64,000 nucleotides of DNA, from positions 79,486,001-79,550,000 of the forward strand of contig NC_086097.1 in NCBI RefSeq assembly GCF_963921235.1, read 5' to 3'. A program made the position numbers and the translations under genes. Below the pieces are notes generated by a model that searched no databases, was not told where the DNA came from, and saw only the letters and a list, made by a program, of their open reading frames with translations. This DNA is from Mobula hypostoma (Eukaryota). Every line of letters starts with the position of its first letter. Positions within the stretch are counted from its first letter, which is position 1. This document shows, one piece after another, positions 39,001 to 51,820 of the stretch.

Positions 39001-40530
39001 GAAAATCCAAAAATCTGAGGTCTTGGGAGTCCTTGTGCAAAGCACCCTAAAGATTAACTAGCAGGTTGAATCAGTGGTGAGGAAGGCAAATGCAATGTTA
39101 GCATGCTTTTCAAGAGGTCTAGAATGCAAGAGCAGGGATGTGATGCTGAGGCTTTATAAGGCACTGGTGAGGCCTCACCTTGAGTATTGTGAGCAGTTTT
39201 GGGCTCCTCATCTAAGAAAATATGTGCTGGCCCTGGAAAGGGTTCAGAGGAGGCTCACAAGGATGATTCCAGGAATGAAAGGGCTTATCATACAAGGAAC
39301 ATTTGATGGTTCATTTGCTGGAACTTAGAAGGTGAAGGAGGGATTTCATTGAAACCTTTCAAATATTGAATGGTCTTGACAGAGTAAATCTGGAAAGGAT
39401 GTTTCCCCTGGTGGGGGCATCTAGAACAAGAGGGCACAGCCTCAGGATAGAGGGGTATCCATTTAAAAGAGAGATATGGAGAAATTTGTTTAGCCAGAGG
39501 TTGGTGAATTTGTGGAATTTGTTACCACAGGCAGCTGTGGAGGCCAGGTCGTTGGGTGTATTTACGGCAGAGATTGATATGTTTTTGATTGGACATAGGA
39601 TCAAAAGTTATGGGGAGAAGGCAAGGAGTGCGGCTGAGGAGGGGAAGAAAGGATCAACCATAAATGAATGATGGAGCAGACTTGATGGGCAAAATGGCCT
39701 AGTTCTTCTCCTATGCCTAATGGTCAAATAATGGACTCCAATATCTTCCCCACCACTGAAGTTAAGCTAACTGGCTTATGATTTTTCTTTTGCTTCTTAA
39801 AAAGTGGAGTGACATTTGCAATTCTCCATTTCTCCAGAACCATTCCAGAATCCAGTGATTCTTAAAAAATGCCTCCACAATCTCTTCAGGTCCATCTTTC
39901 AGAACCCTGGGGTGGGAGCCATCTGGTTCAGGTGACAAATCTACCTTCAGACCTTTCAGCTTCCCAAGCATCTTCTTCGTAATAGCACCTACACTCACTT
40001 CTGCCTCCTGACACTTGGATTTCTGGCATACCCCCGGTGTCTTCCACAGTGACTTTTTGTTGGGACTGCTTCTTTTCATGTTATATGTTAACATTTTGGA
40101 TGACAGGATTGATGGCATTGTGGTCAAGTTTGCACATGATACAAAGATAGGTGGAGGGGTAGGGAGCTTTGTGTTTCTTTCTTTTGCGGCTGCCTGTAAG
40201 AAGACGAATCATAAGTTTGCATATAGTATACATACAGTGCTTTGATAATAATTGCACTTTGAACTTGAAATTTTAATGGGGAGGAACTTCTATAGCTAGA
40301 GAGTGGGGAATCTGTGTAATTCATTGCCACAGACAGCTGTGGTGGCTAAGGCATTGGGTATACTTAAAGTGGTGTTTGATAGGTTCTTGATTAGTAAGGG
40401 CATCAAAGGTTACGGGAACAAGGTAGGAGAATAGGGTTGAGAGGAATTATAAATCAGCCATGATCTAATGCTGGAGTAGATTTAATGGACCAAATGGCCT
40501 AATTCTGTTCCTATGTCTAATGGTCTTAGT
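36060..40530. mobile_element. Three-level nested CR1 cluster: outer + (36060-36270, 40055-40530), middle - (36271-37559, 39726-40054), inner + (37560-39725)
   Basis: CR1 RT ORFs 37040..37285(-), 38042..39671(+) and 39762..40127(-). Sequence is collinear across both interruption points. Confidence 0.85.
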
Positions 40531-42996
40531 TTCAATCAAGTCAGAGTTAATTGATTATTTGCAATTATGTGTTGTCTTTTCATATTCCAAATTAAATTTG
40601 GAGGCTTATACTGACACTGGCTTAATCAATTTAGCTGCATTCAAAGTAGGCCTGCTGTGGATGATCATTTCTCAGTGACAAATGCATGGGAAAGAAATTA
40701 AGAGTGATTTGAGGGGACGGTTCCTTCGTCGTTTTTAGCACTGACGATAATGCGACTAATTGCCAGAAATTTGGTCAAAGGCTGGTTTTAAGCACCCATA
40801 AAGAAAGGTGGAGAGCTGAGGACTCAGGAAAGAAATTCCTGAGGCCACGCAGCTAAAGCAATGAAGTCTGGGGAGCCATATAAGGACGGAGATGAGGAAA
40901 TTGGCAAGTTTTGGTACTGAGGATATTACAGGATAAAGAAGGGGTAGGGCAAAATAGGAATCTGAAAACAGGAATGAGACATTTCACTACTGAGGCACTG
41001 TTTAACCAGGAAACAAACCAAGCACAATACAGATGGATGAACTGTTCTCAGTAAAGCAGTGTCCTACACTCTTTAATCAACATTTGAGGGCATATAAAAA
41101 ATTAATACGCCAACACAGTACAGCTTTGTTTTAAATTGTTGGTGGAGAGATTTGGGGGTTCGGTGGTGTACAGGATGAATGGCTGCAAGGGTTCTTATAC
41201 CTCATCTCCAGAGTTCATGTATTTTCTAAGCATCAGATCAAATATGCTAAAAAGAATCTTTGCACTAATTACTTTATACTAGCTTTCCTTGGCATATGAA
41301 TCAGTGCATCACCATGTTGCACAATGCTTTTTGGAAACAATGAGTGAAACAAAGATACAAAATATATGGACTGGGGGTAACTGCTCACTTATTTCTGTTT
41401 TGTTGACTTGACCAAGTGTCAGATTAGGCCTGTGCTAAATAGTGAAGAACAACAAAGTAAATTACATATTTGGCCATCTTCAGCCAGAAATAATGAGTGA
41501 ATGATCCTTCCTGGCTTTTGTGAGGTCCCCATCAAAACAGATGTATTGTTCTTGCAATGTGCTCACTCCATGTAGCACCAAGAAACAGAGAACCAACACT
41601 TGGTTGGTAAAACTATTCAAGGCAAGTCGAGAGTTTCCCATTACACTCCGAGCTTTTTCCTTCAGATAATGGAAAGGCTTTGAGAAGACAGATTGTGAGT
41701 CACTCACAACAGAATACTGTCTTTACCTGGTTTAGTAATTTAAATACTTGCTACAAAACTACAGTAACATCTGAACAAAATGGAATATTGCTCGAGTTCA
41801 GCAAACAAAAACCAGACTAACCCAACTTGTCTCACTGTAAAGCCATGATCTAACTACCAATTAATAGTAAGATTTTGAAAGGAATTGTCAACAGCATTGC
41901 CAACTGGTGATTATTTGCCAATAACTGGCTTTATGATGTTCTTGTTTAGTTCTCTGAAGACAACAACTGCAGACCTCATTATACATTGATCCAAATTCCA
42001 GTAGTAAGATCAAAGTGACTGCCTTTGAAATAAAGGCAATATTCAACCAAGAGGGGCACGAAGGAAACCTGCTCAAAGGGGATCGGATTAAGATTTGCAT
42101 GTGTCACATCTGACTTTATCATTTGCTTCATTAATGGCTTTCCTTTTATTATAAAGCACAAGTGAATATATTTGCTGATGATTCCAGAGTGTTAAATAAT
42201 GAAACAATTTATGCCTATATAGAGGTAGGCTGGAACAATATTTGAGTTTGAGATAATTTATGGCAAATAGTATTCTGCGGCACAATTAACAAGCAATGAG
42301 GATTTCTAATAAAAGAGTCTTACTGTATCGTCTTAGCATTCTATGACCACTACATCAAGAGATCTCCAACATCTAAATCCTAAGATGCATCAGAGACTAA
42401 AACTGAATTGGACCGGTCATCTAATACTTTAAGCACCAAAACAGGGCAGAGGCTGGAAATTCTATATACTTCTCATTCCAGCACTCAGGCACAAATGTGA
42501 TGGAATACTATTTGTGAAATGAGTAGATTTTAAAAAAATTGCTCCCATCATGAAAATAGTTTTAACAAGAGGAGTCTAACATGAAAATGCTATGTTTTTC
42601 CACCTTTTAATTAAATGTGAACTGTTCAAATTGCGCTTTTACTTGATGAATGTCAAGTTCTACAGTACGTGCACATTAATATAAGAATCAAAGCCTATTA
42701 TCCTGTGTTGCTTGACACACACAGTGTCAGAGCCTTTAGAAGTGCTGTTATTTCAGTGCAGGCAAAGCTTCATTCTGATACACTGAAATATGAGGGATGT
42801 TAAGAACTTTTGCAGGAGATACAGACGCTTGTAAGGAGACCATGGATGGGAAATTACAATGTTGTTGTCATAAATTTGCCTGCAATAATTTCATCCAATA
42901 CATCGCAAAAAGGGCAAATTACAGCATTCCGTCTAAAGTGATCAGCACAAGTTAGCACGATCATTTTTGTTAAAGTTCAAAGAATTCCTGAGTTCA

Positions 42997-43482
<486 letters not shown>

Positions 43483-44204
43483 TCAACAGTATCTCATTGA
43501 TGATGTCCTTGCTGACATACACACTTCATAACCATCCTCTACCCTAACAGTTAATCCCTTTGGAATGAAAATCCTTGCCTGTAAATCCAAGAATCATTTA
43601 ACTTTAAAACCTTCACAATATTATTAATTATTTGATCAGCAGTTTGTCATATGGTTAAACTTATTTGCCAGTTTCTTAAGTGCCTATGGAAATTTACTGT
43701 ATAATTACATTATAAATATAAAATTCCTTGTTTGATACAATATGACATCAGTATATTTAGCAAAATGCATTTTTTAACAGTTTAGTTGGGTCTTCTCCAT
43801 TTGCTGTGATTTAAGTTCACAGTTTTTTTTACTGTGGCTTAATAGTGGTAACATTAGCATTATCACTGACCCATCCACCACCGATGAGGATTAATATCAT
43901 TTCAGTTAAAGTTTCACCAGACTCCCTCTCATACACAAACCTATCTAATTGCAGTAGTGCACAGAGGAACTGCCTTTTCATTTGCAGACTCTTTGTCAGA
44001 AACCTTCTGCTGTATTCCTAAATTGTGGTGACTACCTCCTACATGTCACATGTTTGTAAATTCTACAGTTGCAAGTGTAGCTTTATTCTTAAACTGGCCA
44101 AGTATTGACCAGTCTTTTCGTAACAGTATTTGGGTTTCATAGAAGGGTAAAGATACAGGATGGATTGAACCATGTTGATGCCACGATATGTTGTCCTAGT
44201 TACT

Positions 44205-45910
44205 ATCACCACAATAGGTCAATGGCAGACGCAATCACAATGGCTCTTCGCATGGCCTTAGACCACCTGGACAACACAAACATCTATGTCAGGATGCTGT
44301 TCATCAACTATAGCTCAGTGTTTAACACCATCATTCCCACAATCCTGATTGATAAGTTACAGACCTGGGCCTCTGTACCTCAGTCTGCAATTAGATACTC
44401 GACTTCCTAACCGGAACACCACAATCTGTGCAGATTGGTGATAATATCTTCTCCTCACTTACAATCAACACTGGTGCATCTCAAGGGTGTGTGCTTAGCC
44501 CACTGCTCTACTCTCTCTATACCCATGACTGTGTGGCTAGGCATAGCTCAAATACCATCTATAAATTTGCTGATGATGCAACCATTGTTGGTAGAATCTC
44601 AGACGGAGATGAAAGAGCGTACAGGAACATAGAAACATAGAAAATAGGTGCAGGATTAGGCCATTAGGCCCTTCCAGCCTGCACCGCCATTCAGTACGAT
44701 CATGGCTGATCATCCAACTTAGAACCCTGTACCTGCCTTCTCTCCATACCCCCTGATCTCTTTAGCCACAAGGGCCTTATCTAACTCCCCCTTAAATATA
44801 GCCAATGAACTGGCCTCAACTGTTTCCTGTGGCAGAGAATTCCGCAGATTCACCACTCTCTGTATGAAGAAGTTTTTCCTCATCTCGGTCCTAAAAGGCT
44901 TTCCCTTTATCCTCAAACTGTGACCCCTCGTTCTGGACTTCCCCAACATCGGGAACAATCTTCCTACATCTAGCCTGTCCAATCCCTTTAGAATTTTATA
45001 CATTTCAATAAGATCCCCCCTCAATCTTCTAAATTCCAGAGAGCATAAGCCTAGCCGATCCAGTCTTTCATCATATGAAAGTCCTGCCATCCCAGGAACG
45101 AGGTATACCAACTAGTGGAGCGGTGTCAGAGCAACAACCTTGCACTCAATGTCAGTAAGACAAAAGAGCTGATTCTGGACTTTAGGAAGGGTAAGACGAA
45201 GGCACACATACCAATTCCCATAGAGGGATCAGAAGTGGAGAGAGTGAGCAGTTTCAAGTTCCTGAATGTCAAGATCTTTGAGGACCTAACCTGGTCCCAA
45301 CATATTGATGCAGCTATAAAGAAGGCAAGACAGCAACTATGTTTCATTAGGAGTTTGAAGAGATTTGGTATGTCAGCAAAAACATTCAAAAACTTCTATA
45401 GATGTACCATGGAGAGTATTCTGACAGGCTGCCTCACTGTCTGGTATGGGGGTGGGGGGCGCTACTGCATAGGACTGAAAGAAACTGTAGAGGGTCATAA
45501 ATTTAGATGGCTCCATCTTGGGTACAGGCCTGCAAGGCACCCAGGACATCTTCAAGGAGCGGTGTCTCAGAAAGGCAGTGTTCATTATTAAGGACCTCCA
45601 GCACCCAGGCCATGCCCTTTTCTCACATTTACCATCAGGTACGAGGTACAGAAGCCTGAAGGCACACACTCAGCGATTCAGGAACAGCTTCTTTTCCCCT
45701 GCCATCCGATTCCGAAGTGGACATTGAACCCGTGAACACTACCTCACTTTTTCAATTTATATTATTTCTGTTTTTTGCACAATTTTTAATCTCCAATATA
45801 TATATTCTGTTATTTTTTTTCTTCTATATTATGTATTGCATTGAACTACTGCTGTTAAGTTAACAAATTTCACAACACATGCTGGTGATAATAAACCTGA
45901 TTCTGATTCT
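44205..45910 (+). mobile_element. Rex1/Babar LINE interrupted by a CR1 3' end
   Basis: [37 protein letters not shown] and KFADDAT motifs. AATAAA followed by a (TTCTGA)n tail. Confidence 0.9.
44629..45092 (-). mobile_element. Young CR1 3' fragment
   Basis: ORF 44719..45111 is an uninterrupted RT C-terminus. CAGGAAC on both sides (44622-44628 and 45093-45099). Confidence 0.9.
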
Positions 45911-46027
45911 ACTTACTTTTCCCTTATTTTGTTTTGGATATTAATATTTTAAAAAATTGACAGGATTATGTTATAAATTCAGCGAAGTGGGCTACTGAAA
46001 TCTCAAGCACAATATACAGATACTGAC

Positions 46028-46086
46028 CTGATGTCCTGGCCTGGACGAGCCTGTGTCAGAATTCGCACCTCTAACTCTTCTGTGCC
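46028..46086 (-). CDS. GPHN: Gephyrin coding exon, 59 nt: GTEELEVRILTQARPGQDI(R)
   Basis: Manual translation. Acceptor atgttgcag, donor GTCAGT. Confidence 0.96.
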
Positions 46087-46737
46087 CTGCAACATTAAAT
46101 TGCAGCCTAAGCTAACAGGACATATAGAATACTTGGCTGGTGAAGCCACAATAGTCATTCTAAAAGCATCATTGATGAACACTAAAAGGCAATCTGGAAT
46201 GCAGCATGTGGAGATTGCATAGAGCGAGATTCCTTAGCCATTTAGTATGCCTTTTGATTTCTCTACAATGAATTATTAGAATTGCTGTTTTAAGAAAAAA
46301 TAGCAGCAAACTTCAGGAATAATAGTGAAATAATGCAATAAAACTGATCTCCAATCTCAGAAATTAACATGCGGCATTCTTTCTGCTGTCATGTACTGTT
46401 ACTTTAAAATAAAATGAATAGATGCAAAAAAATCTGAAAAAAAACTTTATGAAACTCATTAAATGAAATAACCTTCAATAATTAGAAAAACAAAACATAT
46501 TTGTGGGCATGAAGATCTCATTGCATGGGTCCCCAGTTTGAGAAGAGGAAATAAAAGCATAAGCTTGATTAGTTACTAAAATGTAAGCACCAATTACAGT
46601 GCTCAAAAAAGCTTAATAACTATCTATCAACTTACCAAGATTAGAAGTACATCATGCTGCATACATAAAGAATACCAATATGAAATGAACATGGCAATAC
46701 TTAGCATCTATCCTAGTCCTCAACTAAAAAGCATTCA

Positions 46738-46965
<228 letters not shown>

Positions 46966-47618
46966 TTACAGTTGATACATATCAAACGAAACTGAAACAA
47001 AACACATTATGTTTTTGGGAATTCGTTTAAAACTAATAAAGAACAGTTTTATCATTTGGAATCCCCATTTGTTTTTTTCTTTTTCTTAGTACTCCACTAT
47101 TTAATTGGAAATAGATTTTTGGCGCATTCTGTAAATCCTCATTGTTTTCCAAATGCAGACATTCTGCAACTTCTAACAGTGAAGCTCAATTTCATCCATT
47201 CACTTGCTGCACCGTAAGAAAACATGAGCATTACAAATTTTGCCAGTTCAAATGCTAAAGCCAAATATCCCCCAGTTATGATCTACTCAAAGTTCAAAGG
47301 TCAAATTAAATGTTTTATTGAAGTTTATATATATCACCACACAGTACCCAGAGATTAATTTTTGCAGGCATTCATAGTAAAACAAGGAAATACAATGGAA
47401 TCAAAGGAAAACAACACACCAACAAATTATGACAAACAAACAATGTGCAAAAGAAGACAAACTGTGCAGATTTAAAAGAAGTAAATAAATAAAACTGAGA
47501 ACATGGGTTATATTTAAACGCAAACAACAGGAATTCTGCAGATGCTGGAAATTCAAGCAACACACATCAAAGTTGCTGGTGAACGCAGCAGGCCAGGCAG
47601 CATCTCTAGGAAGAGGTG

Positions 47619-47655
47619 CAGTCGACGTTTCAGGCCAAGACTCTTCGTCAGGACT
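47619..47655 (-). ncRNA. Minimal type I hammerhead ribozyme motif (intact core, GUC site)
   Basis: Minus strand agtc-CTGACGA-agagtcttggcct-GAAAC-GTC-gact. Stem I agtc/gact. Palindromic ACGT stem III. Stem II carries mismatches. Confidence 0.7.
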
Positions 47656-48982
47656 AACTGAAGGAAGGGTGAGTAAGGGATTTGAAAGTTGGAGGGGGAG
47701 GGGGAGATCCAAAATGATAGGAGAAGACAGGAGGGGGAGGGATGGAGCCAAGAGCTGGACAGGTGATTGGCAAAAGGGATACGAGAGGATCATGGGACAG
47801 GAGGTCCGGGAAGAAAGACAAGGCGGGGGGGGAACCCAGAGGATGGGCAAGGGGTATATTCAGAGGGACAGAGGGAGAAAAAGGAGAGTGAGAGAAAGAA
47901 TGTGTGTATAAAAATAAGTAACAGATGGGGTACGAGGGGGAGGTGGGGCATTAGCGGAAGTTAGAGAAGTCGATGTTCATGCCATCAGGTTGGAGGCTCC
48001 CTTACCACCGTTCAGGGACTTAAACGCATCTCCCCCATTTCACGTACATCTGCTCTCACTCCATCCTCCCGCCACCCCACTAGGAATAGGGTTCCCCTGG
48101 TCCTCACCTACCACCCCACCAGCCTCCGGGTCCAACATATTATTCTCCGTAACTTCCGCCACCTCCAACGGGATCACACCACTAAGCACATCTTTCCCTC
48201 CCCCCCCCCTGCATTCCGCAGGGATTGCTCCCTACGCAACTCCCTTGTCCATTCGTCCCCCCCATCCCTCCCCACTGATCTCCCTCCTGGCACTTATCCG
48301 TGTAAGTGGAACAAGTGCTATACACGCCCTTACACTTCCTCCCTTACCACCATTCAGGGCCCCAAACAGTCCTTCCAGGTGAGTTGGCTGGGGTGATATA
48401 CTGCGTCCGGTGCTCCCGATGTGGCCTATTATATATTGGCGAGACCCGACGCAGACTGGGAGACCGCTTTGCTGAACATCTACGCTCTGTCCGCCAGAGA
48501 AAGCAGGATCTCCCAGTGGCCACACATTTTAATTCCACATCCCATTCCCATTCTGACATGTCTATCCACGGCCTCCTCTACTGTAAAGATGAAGCCACAC
48601 TCAGGTTGGAGGAACAACACCTTATATTCCGTCTGGGTAGCCTCCAACCTGATGGCATGAACATCGACTTCTCTAACTTCCGCTAATGCCCCACCTCCCC
48701 CTCGTACCCCATCTGTTAATTATTTTTATACACACATTCTTTCTCTCACTCTCCTTTTTCTCCCTCTGTCCCTCTGAATATACCCCTTGCCCATCCTCTG
48801 GGTCCTTGCCCCCCTCTTGTCTTTCTTCCTGGACCTCCTGTCCCATGATCCTCTCATATCCCTTTTGCCAATCACCTGTCCAGCTCTTGGCTCGATCCCT
48901 CCCCCTCCTGTCTTCTCCTATCATTTTGGATCTCCCCCTCCCCCTCCAACTTTCAACTCCCTTACTCACTCTTCCTTCAGTT

Positions 48983-49019
48983 AGTCCTGACGAAGGGTCT
49001 CGGCCTGAAACGTTGACTG
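48983..49019 (+). ncRNA. Minimal type I hammerhead ribozyme motif (intact core, GUU site)
   Basis: agtc-CTGACGA(48987-48993)-agggtctcggcct-GAAAC-GTT-gactg. Confidence 0.7.
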
Positions 49020-50001
49020 TACCTCTTCTTAGAGATGCTGCCTGGCCTGCTGAGTTCACCAGCAACTTTTATGCGTGTTACATGGGTTATATAGTCCTCT
49101 GAGTGAAGTCATCCATGCTGTTTCAGGAGCTTGATGGTTGAAGAGTAATAACTGTTCCTGAGCCTGGTGGTGTGGGAGCTAAGGCTCCTGTCCTTCTTGA
49201 TGGCAGCAGTGAGAAGAGAGCATGATATAAAAGGTGGGGTCCTTGATGATGGATGTTAACTTTTTGTGGCATCACTCCATGTTGATACGTTCAGTGGTAG
49301 GGAGGATTTTGCCTGTAATGGATTGAGCTGTATCCACCCTTTTAGTAAGGTTTTCCATTCTTGGGTTTTGGTGTTTCCATACGAAGCTGTGATGCAACCA
49401 GTCAGGATATTTTCCACCGTGCATCTATAGAAGTTTGTCAAAGTTTCAATGACATACCAAATCTGTGTAAACTTCTAAGTAGAGGCGCTGTTGTGCCTTC
49501 TTTGTAATGGCACATATATGCTGGTTCGAGGACAGATCTTCTAATATGATAATGCCAAGGAATTTAAGGTTACCTCTCCTTCTCTGATCCCCTAATGAGG
49601 ACTGCATTATGGACATCTGGTTCCTTCCTCCTGTAATCAATAATCAGCTCTTTGATTTTGCTGATGTTGAGTGAGAGGATGTTGTTGTAGCGCCATTCAA
49701 TCAGAATTGCAATTTCTCTCCTATATGCTGATTCGTCACCACCTTTGGTTTGGCTTCTACTTCTCTCATTTGTCCACATTTCAACAAGATAAATTCTGAA
49801 TGATGAGGGAGAAAGCTCAATGCCCTTTTCAATAGCGGTCAAGCAGAATGTGTAATCCATTCAGAAAAAAGGGCTTGTATCAGCTCTTACTTATAGATTT
49901 GTGGTGACAAAGAAATTTATCAGTCATTTGCAGGAAAGGTTTTGGTTCCTTGTCCTAAATGCCTAGATTCAATGTTAAGTAAATTTAACATCAAAACTCA
50001 C

Positions 50002-50057
50002 CTGGTCACCTGCCTGCGATTCACCAATAATGAATCTATCACCAGGGCCATCGGCAG
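50002..50057 (-). CDS. GPHN: Gephyrin coding exon, 56 nt: (A)ADGPGDRFIIGESQAGDQ
   Basis: Acceptor ttttgtattacag, donor GTGAGT. In frame with both flanking exons. Confidence 0.97.
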
Positions 50058-50146
50058 CTGTAATACAAAACATAACCATTTTCAAGCTGTTCAGATAGAA
50101 TCTGCAACTTCAACATTAATCACTTAGAACAATATATTCTCTTCAC

Positions 50147-50239
50147 CTCTCACAGCATAGCCATCCTTCACTGACGCAGGAAAAGGTGGCAGGTTGTCTT
50201 TTGCAAATACATCCTGTGCTAGAACTCGACCCATACCAT
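50147..50239 (-). CDS. GPHN: Gephyrin E-domain coding exon, 93 nt: (D)[30 protein letters not shown]
   Basis: Manual translation matches the gephyrin/MoeA motif. Acceptor ttgtttttcag, donor GTGAAG, phase 1/1. Confidence 0.97.
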
Positions 50240-51514
50240 CTGAAAAACAAAGAAACAAGTTACCATCAATGAAAAGAGCCCATCAGGCTGGAAGGTTCAT
50301 TCTGTACTCTAAACTAGTTAAGCTTTAAAACAAATGAGATTGCATGAGATGTGGCAACTGCTCTTAGCTTCAATTTGCTGTGGTTGCTGATGGGTCACTG
50401 GAAAGTAGAGCGGGCAAGACAATACTCAATCCTGATCTCGAAATACATTTTGTCTTAGATATTTCACACAAATTTAAGCAGGTGGCTGAGAAAAAGCAAA
50501 TGATGAAGTTTTCAGCTATTTTACAGTTCCTTTCTTCTACAGATTACAGACTCTGCTCCTTCTCTCTCTTCCTATCAAATGCTCATGGTCACCAGAATTG
50601 CCTAAATTTACCAAAAGGCCCATGGCACCAGTCAACAGAATAGTACACTGGTTTAATGTCACAGAAATTTACTCATTCAGTCCATAATGAGAGCTCTCAT
50701 TTCCCATTTTCTAGTAGGAAGACTTGTATGAGAGTTAAATAAGAATAATATATTTTTTCAACTCACTGGCTAGACTGCATGTTAAATGTGCTGGTAGTGT
50801 TTATATTAGACACTTAAAGCCATATAAAGCTTACAGCAGGACAATGCTAAACATAGAAAGTTATAGTTACAAACAGAAGCCTGATATTATGCAATTGCCC
50901 GAGTGGAGCACAGGGGGCTAAAATAAAATATAATAGAAGCTTCAAAAATATAATAAGAACGAACAGGGAGATGGCTATGCTTCATAAAAAGACAATGAAA
51001 AGTGATCATTCACCTAAATTTGCCAACAGAATGAGACAATGAGTTAGAAAAAAATCTCATTACACAGTTTAAGGAACATTATGTTGCCAATAATGATAAG
51101 TTAACACTCTCTATGAAGCTGTTTTTAAGGTAGCATGGATCAGTATCTGACACAAGAATTGTTCCTATTGGAGCTAACTCTCGCAGTTTTATCATACTAA
51201 AACCAAAAGAGACAGAGCTTTATTTGACTGAAGTGGAATATGTTCCAGAAACAATGTGAACATTTGCAGCCTTTTTATTCGTATCCAGCATTTATTGTGT
51301 TAATAAAACTCTGAAGACTCCAAACTGCACTTTTATGAAATTTTAATAAACATGGCAATACAATTACACATACATGATATTTCTACATCATGAGCATTGG
51401 AAATAGTAGCATATTAGTCATGAGTTCAAATCCCTTCATACTAGCTTGGAATTAAAATGCAATTAATTAAACATGTAAATACAGCTAGTATCAATAATGT
51501 TAACAACATGTTGG

Positions 51515-51820
51515 TTAGTTAGACTGCACTTGCAGATTTATGCACATTTCTAGTCACCACACTACACGAAGGATAAGGTAGCAATAGAGATTTACCAGGA
51601 TTTTGCTGGAATGGTGTGTTGTAAATACAATGAGAGATTGGATAGGCTGGCTTTATTCCCAAAGGAACTTGGAGGGAGATTTGTGACCTTTTACAAGTTT
51701 ACTAAATTACGAAGAGCATAAGTAGGATAGTTGGCAGCCTTCTGCCAGAACAGGAGAGTCGAGGTTTAAGGGGCGGGGCAAAAAAATTTAGTGGTCTGAG
51801 GGGCAAGTTCTTCACACAAA
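51515..51820 (+). mobile_element. Degenerate CR1 fragment
   Basis: Decayed RT C-terminal sequence similar to other CR1 copies in the window. Confidence 0.6.

Larger units (their letters stand above)
47514..49079 (+). mobile_element. Penelope-like retroelement: 3' part of the ORF with GIY-YIG endonuclease, flanked by 441-bp inverted terminal repeats
   Basis: ORF 48306..48686 GVIYCVRCSRCGLLYIGETRRRLGDRFAEH...VATHF...LEEQHLIFRLGSLQPDGMN. Arms 47558-47998 and 48639-49079. 13-bp TSD ACATGGGTTATAT at 47501-47513 and 49080-49092. Confidence 0.93.
47290..49750 (-). mobile_element. Rex1/Babar LINE split by the Penelope-like element
   Basis: ORFs 49256..49441 (NFYRCTVENILTGCIT) and 49570..49860 (GGDESAYRREI). 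3' tail near 47290. Confidence 0.8.

Noticed and set aside
47401..49102. Paired similar ORFs on both strands (MLVNAAGQAASL…)
   Set aside because: Artefact of the 441-bp inverted repeat. Only the GIY-YIG frame is a real protein remnant.
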